64,000 bases of DNA from NCBI GenBank assembly GCA_030390025.1, contig CM059431.1:116562001-116626000 (forward strand). The letters are read 5' to 3'. The notes under the pieces were generated by a model that saw nothing but the letters and a program-made list of their open reading frames with translations, had not been told where the DNA came from and made no database searches. Positions 52,383 through 64,000 of the stretch are shown one piece after another. Origin of the DNA: Squalus acanthias (lineage: Eukaryota). Position 1 is the first letter of the stretch, and each line of letters begins with the position of its first letter. The position numbers and the translations under genes were made by a program.

Positions 52383-53120
52383 GGCCCAAAAATTAGTCCC
52401 GCGACGCGACAGTACGCACTGCGTACTCTCGCGTATTCTGTCTCCAATTGCCGGTTTTCTGCATGCACTGCGCATGCGCTGAAAACCGGCACTTGGTTTT
52501 TGGAAAAGGGGGCGGTTCCTCGGTGCACCGCGTGCGCGCTACAGGCTGCGCGCACGCTGTGCACTTAGTGCTTTGGACGCGCAGGTAAGGACGGAAGATT
52601 TTAGAAATGAAAAAAGGAGGAGTAAGACCCACTTTTAACAAGGTAAGTAGTGAATTAAGTATTATTTTTTTTAACAGGTATATCTTTTTTAGAGACTTTA
52701 AAGACAGGTAAGTTTATTTTTATAACTTTTTAAAAGATTTTAAATTTTTTCAAAAATTTAATTTTTTATTTAAAATGGTTAATTTATTTAACTATACTTA
52801 TTTTATTAATGTGATGGTTTTTTTTTTAAATTTAATTGAGGTTTAGCTGTTATTTTGGGGGGGGTGTAAAATTCATAGCTTTCACAGCACTTATGTGAAA
52901 CTTATGAATGGAAGATGGTGTGCTGCCATTGGCTCTAACTGAGTCACGTGATCCCACAGCTCGCACGAATTCACTACGCCGGTGGGATATGCAAGCACTG
53001 CCCGGCTGATGTCTAGAACATCAAGTTCGTGCGAGCTGGATCTGAAAAAGCCAACGCGGAGTGAGAGTTCGCGGGGAAGCCTTACCCCCGCGTCAACACT
53101 CAGTCTTTAATTTCTGGGCC
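52383..53120. mobile_element. Harbinger-type MITE nested in the Gypsy LTR
   Basis: TIRs ggcccaaaaatta / taatttctgggcc, 3-bp TSD AAT. Confidence 0.85.
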
Positions 53121-53829
53121 AATGAGTTGCTGGTCAAGATGCTTGTTTACTAGGCCAGAGCGAACTGAGCATGCTCATACTAAACCATGTGACAAACCAT
53201 GTGATAATACATTACACCTTCTGTCCTATTTTTCAGTGTAAATTGGGTGGTGGCAATTCAAAATTCCCCCCCAAAATTCTGACTTACTGCCAGCCCATTG
53301 CAATTTTAAAGTAGGCCTTAGAATTACATAGAATTTTACAGCATGGAAACAGGACAGTCGACCCAACAGATCGAAGCCAGTGTTAACGCTGCACATGAAC
53401 CTCCTTCCACGTCACTTCATCTCATCCTATCAGCATACCCTTCTATTCCTTTCTCTCTCATGTACTTATGTAGTTTCTCCTTAAGCAGCAAGCACTCCTG
53501 TCAGAAAACAGGGAGGAGCCTAATAAATATATTAGATTAGGGTCCTATGATGCAATTAGGATGTGTATGCCATTTTCGCGTGACTGAGCGGTGGCACTGC
53601 TTCTTCCTAAAGCCGTCCATAAATCATGGCAGTACGCGACGGAAAACAGTCACTTCCAGCAGTATTAAGAGGGACGATCACCTGCTATAATTTCAATTGC
53701 TGTAAACATTTGGTGAACATCTTGCTTTTATTTCTCAGTCGTTTGCGGGCGGAGATTTGCTGTTTATTTTTACTTGTAGTGGACGGACAACCTTCAGGAA
53801 GATTAAGGGGATACGGGCAATGCTCCTTC

Positions 53830-55500
53830 TCTGAAAATGGGAATCCTTTTGGCCATTCTATTCTGGCTGGAGTAAGAGAGGAACAGGAGCAAGAGCAACA
53901 AGTGGAAGGAACCCATGGAGCGCCAGCTGCAGGGAGACCAGAGAGGAGGAGGAGGAGAGTTCACAGAGAGGCTTACCCTCCCCACTAGGGGTATAGGCTC
54001 AGAGTTGCTTCTCAAAAGAGTAGCGCGTAAGAAGGCCGCGCTTCTCCAGGGAAGCTGCGACAGACATGGGTCGGCTCCTGCAACAAGACCTGCAACCCAC
54101 TGCTGCAGCTGGCACTGCACTGTCTGTTGCAGGCGAGATTATTACGGCCCTCAACTTCTTTGCCTCTGGCTCCTTCCAGACTACAATGGGGAATATTAGC
54201 AACATCTCTCTGTCTGCAGTTTAGGCTTGCAGGTGACTGATGCCAAGCAAACAATTTCATTACATTCCACATGGAGATTGGCAACAGCAAGATAGTGCTC
54301 TGGGGTTCACGCAGATTGCAGGCTTCCTTCAGTCCTTGACATCATTGGCTGTACACACATTACCATGTAGGCTCACAGCTTTCATGAACTACATGGGTTG
54401 TGATCACCAGCAGCACGTAATTCAGGTCCGTGCCTACCTTCTTGGCAGCTGCCATGATGCTTTTATCTTGTGCCAATCCTCCATCACCCCATTTTGCGCC
54501 CCATGACGGCAAGTGAGAGGCTGGTTGCTTGGGGACAAGGGCTTTTCCCTCCGCACTTGACTCAGCCGTGGCACAGTAGGTAGCACTCCCACCTCTGAGT
54601 CAGAAGGTTGTGGGTTCAAGACCCCCTCCAGAGACTTGTACGCAAAAATCCAGGCTGACACTCCAGTGCAGTACTGAGGGAGTGCAGCACTGTCGGAGGT
54701 GCCGTCTTTTGGATGAGATGTTAAACCCAGGCTCTGTCTGCTCTCTCAAGTGGACGTAAAAGATCCCATGGCACTAATTCGAAGAAGAGCAGGGGAGTTA
54801 TCCCCGGTGTCCTGGCAAATATTTATAAAAGAAAAAAGAAAGATTTGCATTTATATAGTGCCTTTCACGACCACCGGCCATTACAAAGCATTTTACAGCC
54901 AATGAAGTACTTTTGGAGTGTAGTCACTGTTGTAATGTGGGAAACGCAGCAGCCAATTTGTGCACAGCAAGCTCCCACAAACAGCAATGTGATAATGACC
55001 AGATAATCTGTTTTTTGTTATGTTGATTGAGGGATAAATATTGGCCAGGACACCGGGGATAACTCTCCTGCTCTTCTTCTGTTTCGTCTCATCCAAAAGA
55101 CGGCACCTTCAACAGTGCAGCGCTCCCTCAGCACTGCACTGGAGTGTCAGCCTAGGTTTTTGTGCTCAAGTCTCTGGAGTGGGACTTGGAACCCACAACC
55201 TTCTGACTCAGAGACGAGTGTGCTATACACTGAGCCACAGCTGACACCCTCAATCAACATCATTAAAAAAAAAGCCAGATTATCTGGTCATTATAATATT
55301 GCTGTTTGTGGGAGCTTGCTGTGCGCAAATTGGCTACCACGTTTCCTACATTACAACGGTGACTACACGTCAAAAGTACTTCATTGGCTGTAAAGCGCTT
55401 TGGGACATCCTGAGGTCGTGAAAGATGTTATATAAATGCAAGTCTTTCTTTCATGACTCCTCTCAGGAACTCACGCTCGCCAGCAGAACTGAACCACAAC
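53830..55500 (+). pseudogene. Harbinger transposase (HARBI1-like) pseudogene interrupted by SINEs
   Basis: 'ALNFFASGSFQT', 'GFTQIAGF', 'CDHQQHVIQV.A...GSCHDAFIL', 'GWLLGDKGF.L', resuming as 'MTPLRN' at about 55453. Confidence 0.8.
54560..55452. mobile_element. DeuSINE (+) with a second DeuSINE (-, about 54830-55247) inserted inside it
   Basis: Plus-strand head and body at 54560-54828, reverse copy to 55247, then the plus-strand remainder at 55248-55452. Confidence 0.85.
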
Positions 55501-56679
55501 TAGATCCATGTTATAATTGCCACTGTGTACTCTAATCCTATTTCCCTGCCTATTCCCTATTTCCATTTGTATCCTTTCTTTTCATATTACATGCAAAATT
55601 TTGCAGGTAAGTTTTTGGAGTGGCCTCCAATAGTTCCATTGATCACCGCTGATTGGCTGCTCATTGCCTGGTACAACTAGGACTAATATGCACTGCGCCA
55701 CATCACCCAATAATATGTGAAAATGGTAATTGGGGTCCCCAATTGACATATTTAAACAGCATCTTGCCTATTTTGGATGGAAGTACTGGGTACCCATTTA
55801 ATGGCCTACCTGAATTGAACTTGGACCTTGGGCATCAAAGGGGTGTTGAAGGTGCCCATCCAGTTTACAAGCAAGAAATGGGCGAGCAGCAATTGAAAAT
55901 TGCCCCATAATCTTAGTGCACACTGTGAATATTAATCATTTGTCCCATAAAGAAACCATGATTCTTCATATAAAGAACATATCTTTAGCAAAATGAGATA
56001 ATGTAGAAATTAATTAAAATGAAAAATCAATTCATCATTTGCAAATTGCTTCATAACTCAATTGCTTGATTCATTTCTCAATTCATAAAAAAATACTTTT
56101 AGCAGTGTAGCAAATGGAAAAGAATTTCCCCCTATGAGGGAGATTATAATTTAACAAATTCAAAGATGTCAGTTCTTAGATAGAAGTGATGTCAATAAAA
56201 TTCAAAGCTGTATCTAATGATTAACAGCTGAAGAAATTCAAAACTGAAGCAAAGGAGGGAATGAATTAGTAAGAGTTGGATTGTGCATGAGGACTGATGG
56301 TGTTCCTGTATAATCAGATGGTAAGAATTTGATCAGATTGCCTTGCACAGAATGCAACATTTCTATGTCACACCACAGGGAGCAAGAAGAATTATATAAT
56401 GAATAAAATCTATAAGTTGATCAACTTAATCAAAATTCATTAGAAATGCTGAGCTTATGAGGTAATAAATGGCTCATGTGCACTGAATTATAAAATGAGA
56501 CTGCAGGCTGGCTAAGACTGCGTGTAAGTGAATTTGTTGAATAAATTCCCATATCCACGATTACATGACATTTATGATTGTCTGAGTTTAAGACATTTTA
56601 ATACTTTCTAGGAGAAGGTATGAAGATATAATAGTTTATATCAACGTCAAACTGTAAAATTAATGTGGAGATAGTGGAG

Positions 56680-57332
56680 TATATTTTAACTCTCGGGAGC
56701 CTGGATGGTGGAACACACAGGCTGGCCACCTGATCTTTTCATGCAGGAGGCCCAGTCCATTTTGAGGGCCGGGCCTGAGCACCATGCCATCGGCGAACTG
56801 CATACCCCGAACAGTTGCAGCTCGCCAGCTCCAGGCTGGCACAATATCGAGCGGCCTGAGGCTGATCCAGCCAGCAGGAAGGTAGGCCCGGGGTGGGGGG
56901 ATCGATCATGGGGGGGGGTGGGGGATGGTGGGGAAGCCTGGGATGGCAGCAGCCCAGGATGGCAGCAGCCCACATTATTCTTGTGGAGCCCGGAGAAGCA
57001 CTCCTGTTCCTCCTGGCTCCTCAAAAATAATTTTTCACTTACCTTTTGGTGCCTCTCCTCTTCACTGCCCAGTACAACTGGGTGGAGGGTGCATGACGCA
57101 CCCTCTGCCCAGTTGTTCCTCAAAATCACATCAGGGTCCTATGTGTGTCATTGGACCCCAGGTTAAATGGAGTACTGAGGCTCCCTGCTGAGTCAGGCGG
57201 GCACCTGGGCCGCCCAATGGAAGGCTCAGCAACTTTGACAATGAAGCGGGAATGGGACAGCAAGTTCACCACAGCAGCTTTAAACTCCACTGTCGCCCCA
57301 CTTCCGCCAAGCGTGCCGAGTTAAAATTGGCC
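56680..57332. mobile_element. Harbinger-type MITE
   Basis: attttaactc / gagttaaaattggccc termini and a GC-rich interior. Confidence 0.5.
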
Positions 57333-58867
57333 CTGGGTCACAGATAGTGTTGGTTGGCAATAGTGCCAACACCCTGTCCTGCTCAAGAACTCAAAGGAGG
57401 AGAAGACCACTCTTAGCAGAAATAAACATTTGTGACCATGGGCAAGGTCTGGAATTTTGACATTTCATTTGAGACATGATTGAATGTGGGACTCAATAAG
57501 CAAATACATTATCACACACACAATAATAATTAGGGTTCACTCAAAAGACAGCGGAAAAGTAAGCAGTTTATAAGACTTGCCTGAATTAGTACTGACAGTA
57601 AGAACCCAGTCGACCACTCACACACCGCTCCAAAATTCTGAAGGGTTACTACATTCACTGGATACCCCTTAATCTCTCGTGGGGAGGAGGGAATTGCATC
57701 CTTTTAACAAATTTAATTAACTTTTTTAACATGTCATAGCTAACAGCAGACTGACCATGCATGCAGTGCGTCAATGTACTTAGCACCACATAACTTTCTA
57801 ATGTGTTTTAACACCAACAGTCAGAATAACTCCTCCCCCACATTCTCCATGACACTATTGTGTTATTTATGAAATTTCATTTGTACTGCAAATGAAAGTG
57901 ATCATTTTTACAGCAGTGTTAGGTTTCTTAATACTTCATATAGTTTATAATAAAAAAAAACATTGATCAAATTCAGGATTTTACTCCCTCTCAAATATTG
58001 CCACCAGCACTTTGCAGTTTAATACACAGAACGTAGTGTTACAGAAAGGTTCCTTAATTAAAATTGCTAACAATAATATGTTTGCTGCTGGCATTTTGCT
58101 AAAGCGCTAATTTGGTCCTTGTATTCGAAGGTAAGTAATATATCAGAACACATAAATGAAGGCCAACAACAAAAGAAGGTGCAAAAAAACATCAAACATG
58201 AGCAAAAGGAGGAAAGAAAATTAAATAAACACAAACAAAATCAAAATAAAAGAAGACAGAAAGGACAAGAGGATAAAAGAATCTTTTCATCAGGGGTGGT
58301 GATTGCCTTGTGGGACTCTATTCATAGGTTTGGTTTGGGGCCCCTACATTTTACTAGACAATTATACTAAATATTCACTGGCTCAGGGCTCCATGCAATC
58401 TGGCAAAGCCTAAATGGGAAGTTAATGTGCCCAGCTAGTAAACAGGTCCAGATCCTGAGGTAAATTGCAAGATCAGGTAGCGAAGAACACAATACCAGAG
58501 CTGGGGAAAACCTTTGAATGCAAGCATTCTCCATAAGCCGCACTCCTTCACATCCTTACCCGCAGGTTTTGACAGGCATTTCTATTTAGGTTCAGGCTCA
58601 GGCTCATCATCCAGTTGGCCATGGTCAAAATGAAGTGATGCTAAGGGTCTCTAACTGCCTTTTACAGAGGATAGGAACAGCCAATCACATGTTGACTATG
58701 AGGTTTATAACATCATGAGCATGTCTGCCAAGACAAGTAGGATGACGTACCATGTGCTATGGCATTTGGAGAATGTGGAATGAAGAACGACAAATTTCCT
58801 TGCTTATGCATGGGCTAGAAATAGGGACAAGCAAAGAAGATAATAAACAAGACGTCAGTCTTACAAA

Positions 58868-59000
58868 AGGTAAAATACTGTAGATGTTGGAAATCTGAAC
58901 TACAAATGGAAAGTGCTGGAAATACTCGCAGGTCAGGCAACGGTTTCTCTCTCCACAATTGCTGCATGACCTGCTGAGTATTTTCCACCATTTTCTGTTT
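58868..59000. mobile_element. Penelope pLTR fold-back remnant
   Basis: aaaatactgtagatgttggaaatc...tcaggcaac followed by the reverse-orientation gtttctctctccac...tgctgagtattttcc. Confidence 0.7.
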
Positions 59001-60725
59001 AAAACTTCAATCATATTGATTTATTCAATTCTAAATGTTACCATACTCCAACACTTAATATTTATTCAAAACTATTTGCAAATTAAGGGGTGCATTTTAC
59101 AAATTCACACTCCCAACGCACAGCATCATGCACCTGGAAAATTCTATGGGGCTTGATGACCTCCAGGCTGAATCCCTGATAATGTTCTCTTAGCACGTGA
59201 AGCTGCACATCAGGAATGCAGATTTATAAAGCCTACATTTAATTATCCACTAATTATTTTAAATCACAATTTTAATTATTTCATGAAATGCAATAAACAT
59301 TATCCAGGCTAATCTAAATTGTCAAATTTTATTAACTACCTTTGTTTTTCACTATTGTGTCCCTCTGCACTGATTTTCTCCTGTCTTTCCATTTCCTTCA
59401 TTGTCCTTTGGCTATGTTGTTTCTTTAAAATTCTTTCCTCCTCTGATCCTCTCTGTGCTTGTCTACAGCTCTTAATATCTGTCTCTGGTCTCCTTGTTAG
59501 CCATTCTGTTGTGATTTATCAGCTGTCACTCTCCTATCTGTAGATTTTTTGTATTACTCACTCTGTACCAAACCTTCTTCTGCACAACTACCCACCACTT
59601 TGTTGCGCTGTCAATATCTGAAATGGTCCATTACATTCAAGAGTCGAGCAGACCCATGCGATTCTTGTCTTCTGGAAATTAACAGTACACAGAGAGATAC
59701 ATATTTACATTTCTGCTTGCATTAACCTAAACATATCAGCCAAAAAATGTTTTACAAGTTGAAAAAATACTTAACAATAGTTTCCTTCTTCTGAGAGATA
59801 TTTAGTAAATTATCCTTATGTTACATTTTTCTTCTCAATCAGCATCTTTTTATACAAACCATGAAAAATATAAATGCAAACACCAACACAACTGGGTACT
59901 AGATTAGTTGTTTATACCAGTCTGACGCGTCTTATTTGTCAGCTCAACATAGCCAACATTTAGTTTCCATCTGAGTTTTCTGACACGAGCTATATCCTCC
60001 ATACTCTGGTTATTGCCTGGTTCTTAAGCTGTTCTTATTCAATGGTGCATTTTATCTCTTTCCGAATAGACTTTCATGTCAATTATGATTAGTGCCACAG
60101 AAGCACGGCATAGCGATGCAAATAACTTGATGATTCCTGCTGGAAAGATTTATTTTTATACATCCCGCCAAATAATCTATTTTCAGTCAAACAGAAATGG
60201 CATTTGTTGCAAAGTTTTTGCATCTACAGTGACGATCTAACACTGAATGGTGGCTGTTTATCAATGTTCTCAGCTAAAGTATTGACGGCTGGTTCAGCAA
60301 TTACTATAGTTTACTGATCCCAATGTAGTTCAATGGCACTAATCTCTGGGGTTATTGTCAGCTCCTAATAGTCAGTCATTTCAGTGATATGTACCAGTTC
60401 TTGCAATTCCCCCTCTGATTTTTTTAAATCTAGCCTGTAGACAAACTAGCCTGAAATGTCTTTTAAAAAGTTCAGTATTCAACATCCATCTTCTTTATCT
60501 ATGACATTAAATATTTCTTCTAATTTCCCAACTAACCGCTCTTAGGCTTATATCCTTTATTATAAAATCTGCTCTAATTTTCCGAAAGACCCTCATTACT
60601 CTTTCATTAAAATTATAGTCATGATTTTCCACCAAATGGTGTTCATTACCCATCTGATTTATCTGTGACAGTACTAATTGGGTGTTCTTCTCTAACTTTC
60701 CGAAAATTCTGATCAATATGCACAC

Positions 60726-61500
60726 GAAAGAAAGACTTGCATTTCTATAGCACCTTTCAGAACCTTAAGACATCCCAAAGCGCTTTACAACCAATTAAGT
60801 ACTTTTGAAGTGGTCACCGTTGTAATGTAGGAAACGCGGCAGCCAATTTGCGCACAGCAAGCTCCCACAAACGGAAATGTGATAATGACCAGATAATCAG
60901 TTTTTTTAGTGGTGTTGGCTGAGGTATAAATATTGGCCAGGATACTGGGGAGAATGCCCATGCTCTTTTTCAAATAATGCCACCTTTTATGCCAATCTCA
61001 GAGGGCAGACATGGCCTCGTTTTAATATCTCATCCGAAAGACAGCACTTCTGACAGTGCAGTACTGTCCTGGATAGCGAGTCTAGGTTTTGTGCTCACAT
61101 CTCTGGAGTGGGACTTGAACCCACAACCAACTGACTCAGTGATGAGAGTGCTACCACTGAGTGCAGTATGGTTGAGCATTAAATGTTGGCTAGGACACCG
61201 GAACAACTTCCCCACTGTCCTGCGAATAATGGCATGTGATCTTTTTACAGCCACCTGAACAGCCATATGGAGCCTCGGTTTAATATCTCATTTGACAGGC
61301 AGCGGATTCTATAATGGACCGGCGAACTGCTTCGCTAGGTTTCTGCCCAGGTACTGAAGTTGAAAATTACTCCCAGTATCTCTGACAATGAGAATTCCCT
61401 TAGGACTGTTCTGAAGAATCATTCTAGATTATGTGCTCATGTTCTGAATTAAGATTTGCATCCACAACCTGCTAAGTCATAAAACTGAACCAAGCTGACC
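60726..61500 (-). mobile_element. Nested DeuSINE copies
   Basis: Reverse complement of the 22625-23070 family, with one copy inside another. Confidence 0.85.
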
Positions 61501-61852
61501 CATTAATTGATTTTATTATACTCGTGATTCAATGATCATTTACTTCACAATAACCTCAACTTTGTTTGACCACAGGTTTACTGCCATAACTATAAGCCTC
61601 AACATTTCTATAAATTGATCATTTTACCACAGCAATTTGGAGTTACATACTTAAAAATTACAATGCTAAAATCTTTTCACTAAAGTAATAATTTGGTTGA
61701 ATATCCGTCATAATCCTGGATCAGATAGATAACATACCCTTAAATAATGCATGCTGTAACATGGTTAACTGTTGAAAGTATTATTTAATAGCTAATATAC
61801 ATATTCAGTCTTAAAAGTCACGTTTAATTGCAAGGACTGTTCTGCACACTAA

Positions 61853-63090
61853 GGCCAGAATTTTGCCGGCGCTGAGAGGGCGGAATCAGAAGCGGGTCAG
61901 CTGTCAAAATAGAAAAGATTGATAGTGGGTCGGGAGCCCTCTGTCAACCCGCCTCCATGCTAGTCTCCCGAGTCTTGGGTCTGTCAGCAGCAGACCTGAC
62001 ACCAAGCGACGGGTCAGGCAATTAAGCTTATTTAAAGCTATTTAAAAGGTTGTTAAACACAAATTTACCAGGTATGTACTATTTTTACACCTTTTTCATG
62101 AGGTTCACGGCGCTCGGGATCACGTCAGGTAAGGAAAGGAGGTCAGGTGTTGTGTCAGCATGGGTTGATTTACTAACTTGACAGCTGCAAATGGTCTATA
62201 AAAGTTTCCATTTCATAGGTCTTCACTTTCCAAGGTTAGAAGCTGTTGTTTACTGCATTTGGAAGACAGATTGAGCTTTATAAAATAAAATAGAAAATGC
62301 TGGAGACACTCAGCAGGTCAGGCAGCATCTGTGAAGAGAGAAACAGAGTTAACGGGCTGGATTTTCAATGACCCGTGGAGTCGGGTTTGGAGGCGTGTGG
62401 GGGGTTAAAGTTGCAGATTCGGGGGTCCCGACCCCATCCCGACTCCATTCCGCCTCCACGCAATTTTACCAAAATCGGTCGTGGGGTTCCCGACTCCATC
62501 CCGCCTCCAAGAGGCGGGATAGGCCATTAAAGCCCTTAACAAGCCCTAAATTGGCTCTGTAATGCCATTTTGAAACGTTTTAGCTAGTTTAACCCTTTTC
62601 CGACGTGAAGTACGCCTGATGTGAAACACGCCAGTGAAACCTGGCGGGAGCACAAGTGGATAGCTGACTATCAGCTGCAGGTCCACTATTACAACGGAGA
62701 TGTGATGAAGGTAGTAGTAGTATTAGGTCTGAAAGTCGCCTCTGATGCTGCTGCATTAAATGTCTTCAGAGACTGCCTGGGAGTACTTGGTTGCAAAAAA
62801 AATGCTCTCTCTCTCTCTCTGAGATGCTGCTCATTCTGCATCCAGGTCCTCTCACAGCAAAGGCCAGGCAATCTCTGAGACCAGGCAGTCTCTGACCTGC
62901 AATGATGACATCATCAGAGGCGACTTTCAGACTGAAACCACTAATTGGTTCATGGGTTCCCACATGTTGGAACTCAATTGCCCAATTAAGTGAAAATTGC
63001 ATCAATCTCCCACATCCAATTGCAGGCGGGTGGATAACACGAAATGCAGATGACACGACCCCAACCCGCCCCAGTATCAAAATCCAGCCC
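61853..63090. mobile_element. Harbinger-type MITEs with a Penelope remnant (62283-62352)
   Basis: Termini ggccagaattttg and gggctggattttc / caaaatccagccc; 62283-62352 matches the pLTR end. Confidence 0.6.
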
Positions 63091-64000
63091 AATGTAATTG
63101 CTTGGTGTCATCTATTGATATTATATTTTCAAAGCCTTCCTATTTGTACCTTTTACAACTTGTAAACACTTCATCTAGGGTGTTCCATGCATTTCTTATT
63201 TACTTCAATTGGTTGTATTAAGAATCATGTCTCCTGTTTCTAAGTTTAACATAAAACTATTTTACGGCAGGTATTTCTTTTACTTGATGTAATTTTTTCA
63301 AAGGCACTTGTTTTTTTTTAATGTTCTGTGCACCTGTTCGACGTGTTAAATTTCGACACTTTACTTGGGTCATTCCATTGTGTTGGTTCCAATGTTCAGA
63401 CATAGAGGAACCTTCAGCCTGCTGTTTCAATAGGGCCATGTCTTTGTATTTACAAACATTTCCCATTTCAAAGCTTGTGGTGTTTTACAGCTTTGTGTTA
63501 ACAAACCATCTTATCTCATAAGCCTGTATTTCTGTTTTACGGCCTGTGTCGCGGAGGCTTTCAGATTTTTAACCCATTTGTCATGTTTTAATATTATCAA
63601 ATCTGTTTATCGGATGATGTATTTCTTGGAATATGGCTATTTCCTTCACAATGCTTGTGCAAATAAATAAGTGATTGTTAATAAAACTTCTCAAATGATT
63701 CGAGAATTGTTAGGTCAGGAAGTCTTGTTTGAGAGAAGTATCTTTGAAGTAAACAACTACGACTGTTTAGGAAAATAGACTGTTTTCAAAGGATTCAGGA
63801 ACAGATACACCATGAGGTCTTATTTGTAACATGTACCTTTGATGTAGGCCTACTATGGTGTATATAGGAGCATGGTTTTCAACAATTAGTTGGAGGGTTC
63901 AAAAGATACAGAAATCGAAAAGCTACTCTCTGTATACAAATAGATTGACCACCTGTGCTTTAAATCAATAAAGTCTGTTCCGTATACTCCACCATTGAAT

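Larger units (their letters stand above)
50841..53216 (-). mobile_element. Truncated Gypsy (Mag/K02A2.6-like) element: short 5' LTR, PBS, gag N-terminus and an inverted 27-bp LTR end; 5-bp TSD
   Basis: PBS TGGCGAACAGGATGGGAT at 51190-51207(-), 16/18 to a tRNA-Ser 3' complement as I recall it. gag remnant 'FIGSLVMYDRAREPFSSYIEWMEIFFKANNI...QKAIFPTEIGPE'. TSD CCTTC at 50836-50840 / 53217-53221. Confidence 0.8.
59821..64000 (-). pseudogene. Decayed intronless type I membrane glycoprotein gene, possibly retroviral env-like; interrupted by SINEs and MITEs and running off the window end
   Basis: Long protein-like minus-strand frames with scattered stops at 63090-64000, 61500-61850 and 59821-60725. 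N-glycosylation sequons, a heptad-like segment, and a C-terminal 'SDWYKQLI*YPVVLVFAFIFFMVCIKRC*LRRKM*'. Confidence 0.45.

Overview
A vertebrate window made almost entirely of repeats, very probably from a shark or other cartilaginous fish: it holds DeuSINE/SacSINE1-type SINEs, abundant CR1, and Harbinger-type MITEs. I can support no intact host protein-coding gene. The window is a deeply nested graveyard of CR1, L2 and RTE LINEs, PIF/Harbinger elements (HARBI1-like and Myb/SANT remnants plus MITEs), four solo LTRs, a rearranged Gypsy element and Penelope-like elements carrying minimal hammerhead ribozymes. Four things stand out. (1) An apparently full-length, ORF1-less APE-RT LINE at about 33757-37068 begins with a tRNA-type A/B-box head and has no TTTT in about 3.2 kb of sense strand. 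It has no in-frame AUG ahead of the endonuclease, and a SINE at about 50223-50555 consists of its 5' and 3' ends, so it is a candidate Pol III-transcribed autonomous LINE/SINE system. (2) A 1.3-kb Penelope palindrome carries two hammerheads. (3) A Gypsy element is integrated with an inverted copy of its LTR start as its second end. (4) A decayed, env-like type I membrane glycoprotein gene lies at the right edge. All calls were made by eye; boundaries are approximate unless a TSD is given.
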